Below are positions 63,801-64,000 of a DNA stretch of 64,000 bases, in pieces. This DNA comes from Gemmatimonadota bacterium. GTDB taxonomy: Bacteria; Gemmatimonadota; Gemmatimonadetes; Gemmatimonadales; GWC2-71-9. The position numbers and the translations under genes are program-made. The notes beneath the pieces were generated by a model. That model was not told the DNA's origin. It did not search any database and saw only the letters and a program-made list of their open reading frames with translations. The stretch spans positions 19 through 64,018 of the forward strand of contig QHVB01000035.1 of the NCBI GenBank assembly GCA_003222195.1. Direction: 5' to 3'. Each line of letters opens with the position of its first letter. Position 1 is the first letter of the stretch.

Positions 63801-64000
63801 GAGCCGCTGGGTCGCGAGCCATGAGATCACCGCATAGCGTCACGAGATCCTCGGGAAGCTCCGGCACGAGCTCGCTCGATCTCGGCGGATCCTGCCGACC
63901 CTTATCGGCGAGGACTCTCAACGCGCTGCCCTGAAACGGGAGCCGCCCGGTCAGCGCTTCGTACAGCATTACGCCCACCGCGTACCAGTCGCTCGCGGGG
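60892..64000 (-). CDS. Ser/Thr protein kinase fused to an AAA/STAND ATPase and TPR-like C-terminal region; the 5' end lies beyond the window
   Basis: The reading frame continues past 63978 (..SDWYAVGVMLYEALTGRLPF is kinase subdomain IX). P-loop ..FYVHGVSGIGKSAL.., Walker B ..VLVFIDDLQWAD.., then about 600 aa of helical-repeat region. Confidence 0.85.
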   Translation of the reverse strand, partial: PASDWYAVGVMLYEALTGRLPFQGSALRVLADKGRQDPPRSSELVPELPEDLVTLCGDLMARDPAARPEDGEILRRTGVLEHTTSGAEAHEPGRPPSLIGRDAELAQLRDAFGTVGFGQAVTFYVHGVSGIGKSALIGHFADAVEREAAALVLRGRCYERESVPYKAVDGVIDSLSRYLKTLAGPQVKALLPEGVSALARLFPVLLRIEAVGDARIGEREPADPLALRQRGFACLRQLLVRLSAQQPVLVFIDDLQWADHDSMVLLEDVLRPPDPPHVLLIASFRTEDLASQPFLRALLEHADTPACRACRLGPLTSADTMRLTETLLVSSSGPPRVQADTIIRESAGSPFLVEQIVRYALDSNDAARATGIGLGEMLESRIRALPEGARPLLATLAVAGRPVDAKVARAAAGLEGDDRPLVALLIKAHFLRSLGAPSRLELYHDRMRETLVAALAPQVAAGIHWRLAQCSEELLGLEDPEALFEHYVAAGNRDRAAVYAARAADKAFAALAFDRAALLYERALELTAPGAADLSALRVRLGDALASAARCPAAAQAYLAAAAAGAPEDALQYQRRAAEQLLISGHLEAGLDVIRTVLRSVGLELAPTPRRAILSLLWRRAAVRLRGLTFRERSVADIGARELARIDTCWAVAAGLALVDNLRAADFLARHLLLALRAGEPYRVARGLALEAAFTASQSSTGRRRAAQLIAVSRPLAERIQSQHALALCELASCVAAFYEGRWEHTRGFAERAEQLLLECGGVPWELNTAQLYQTYACYFIGDFPELARRSRTFLSNARERGNRLAGFYCRSGFTNAVWLAADDVAGAERNLDEAVREWHQEEFGVPHYWTMVARGHILLYRGEPALAWEGFRRDWPGLVSSGLLRVQGVRINMRDLRARCALAAAAGGADRAPLLAVAERDVGQLERERLAWADALALLLRAGLSVARGEVADVAPLLERATAAFDAAQMAVHAHVVRRRLGEMLSGDEGRSLVHAADAWMHSQGIRNPARYAEVLAPNLAPRERASAVKESSG

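Overview
High-GC (roughly two-thirds G+C) bacterial chromosomal window with about 55 genes. The gene content (several CarboxypepD_reg-type TonB-dependent receptors, a VPS10/BNR protein, a serpin, ECF sigma/anti-sigma pairs) suggests a soil Gemmatimonadota- or Acidobacteriota-like organism; this is inference only. Positions 1-12249 form one long, tightly coupled minus-strand respiratory operon. In transcription order it encodes an Mrp-like ATPase, a Zn-ribbon/PCP_red protein, a ferredoxin, a USPx2/PCP_redx2 protein, a radical-SAM/SPASM/PCP_red enzyme, a CydA-only cytochrome-bd-like protein, three membrane c-type cytochromes, a cupredoxin lipoprotein, and aa3-type oxidase subunits II and I. The middle of the window holds greA, metE, an NfuA-like protein, an ECF sigma/anti-sigma locus with paired CBM48-like domains, three TonB-dependent receptors, a DUF1111 di-heme protein, a serpin, a BNR/VPS10 protein, a GH5 enzyme, a Ser/Thr kinase, amino-acid catabolic genes and two-component systems. 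At 53510-60835 a compact five-gene NRPS-like cluster is bracketed by a 55-bp direct repeat made of an intact tRNA-Phe and a partial copy, which is an island signature, but no integrase is present. Its core enzyme is an adenylation domain (hand-extracted code close to Asn) interrupted between motifs A8 and A9 by a PP-loop amidotransferase-like domain. It is accompanied by a TubC-dock/Cys-nucleophile thioesterase, an acyl-CoA dehydrogenase, an Sfp-type PPTase and a CelD/FemAB-like GNAT. I consider this cluster and the PCP_red/radical-SAM/CydA-like module the two best candidates for an undescribed system. Many long ORFs in the track are antisense shadows or N-terminal over-extensions. Real starts were reassigned by hand, often to GTGA/ATGA stop-start overlaps. 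My reading of the homopolymer-rich stretch around 4120-4260 may be off by 1 nt.
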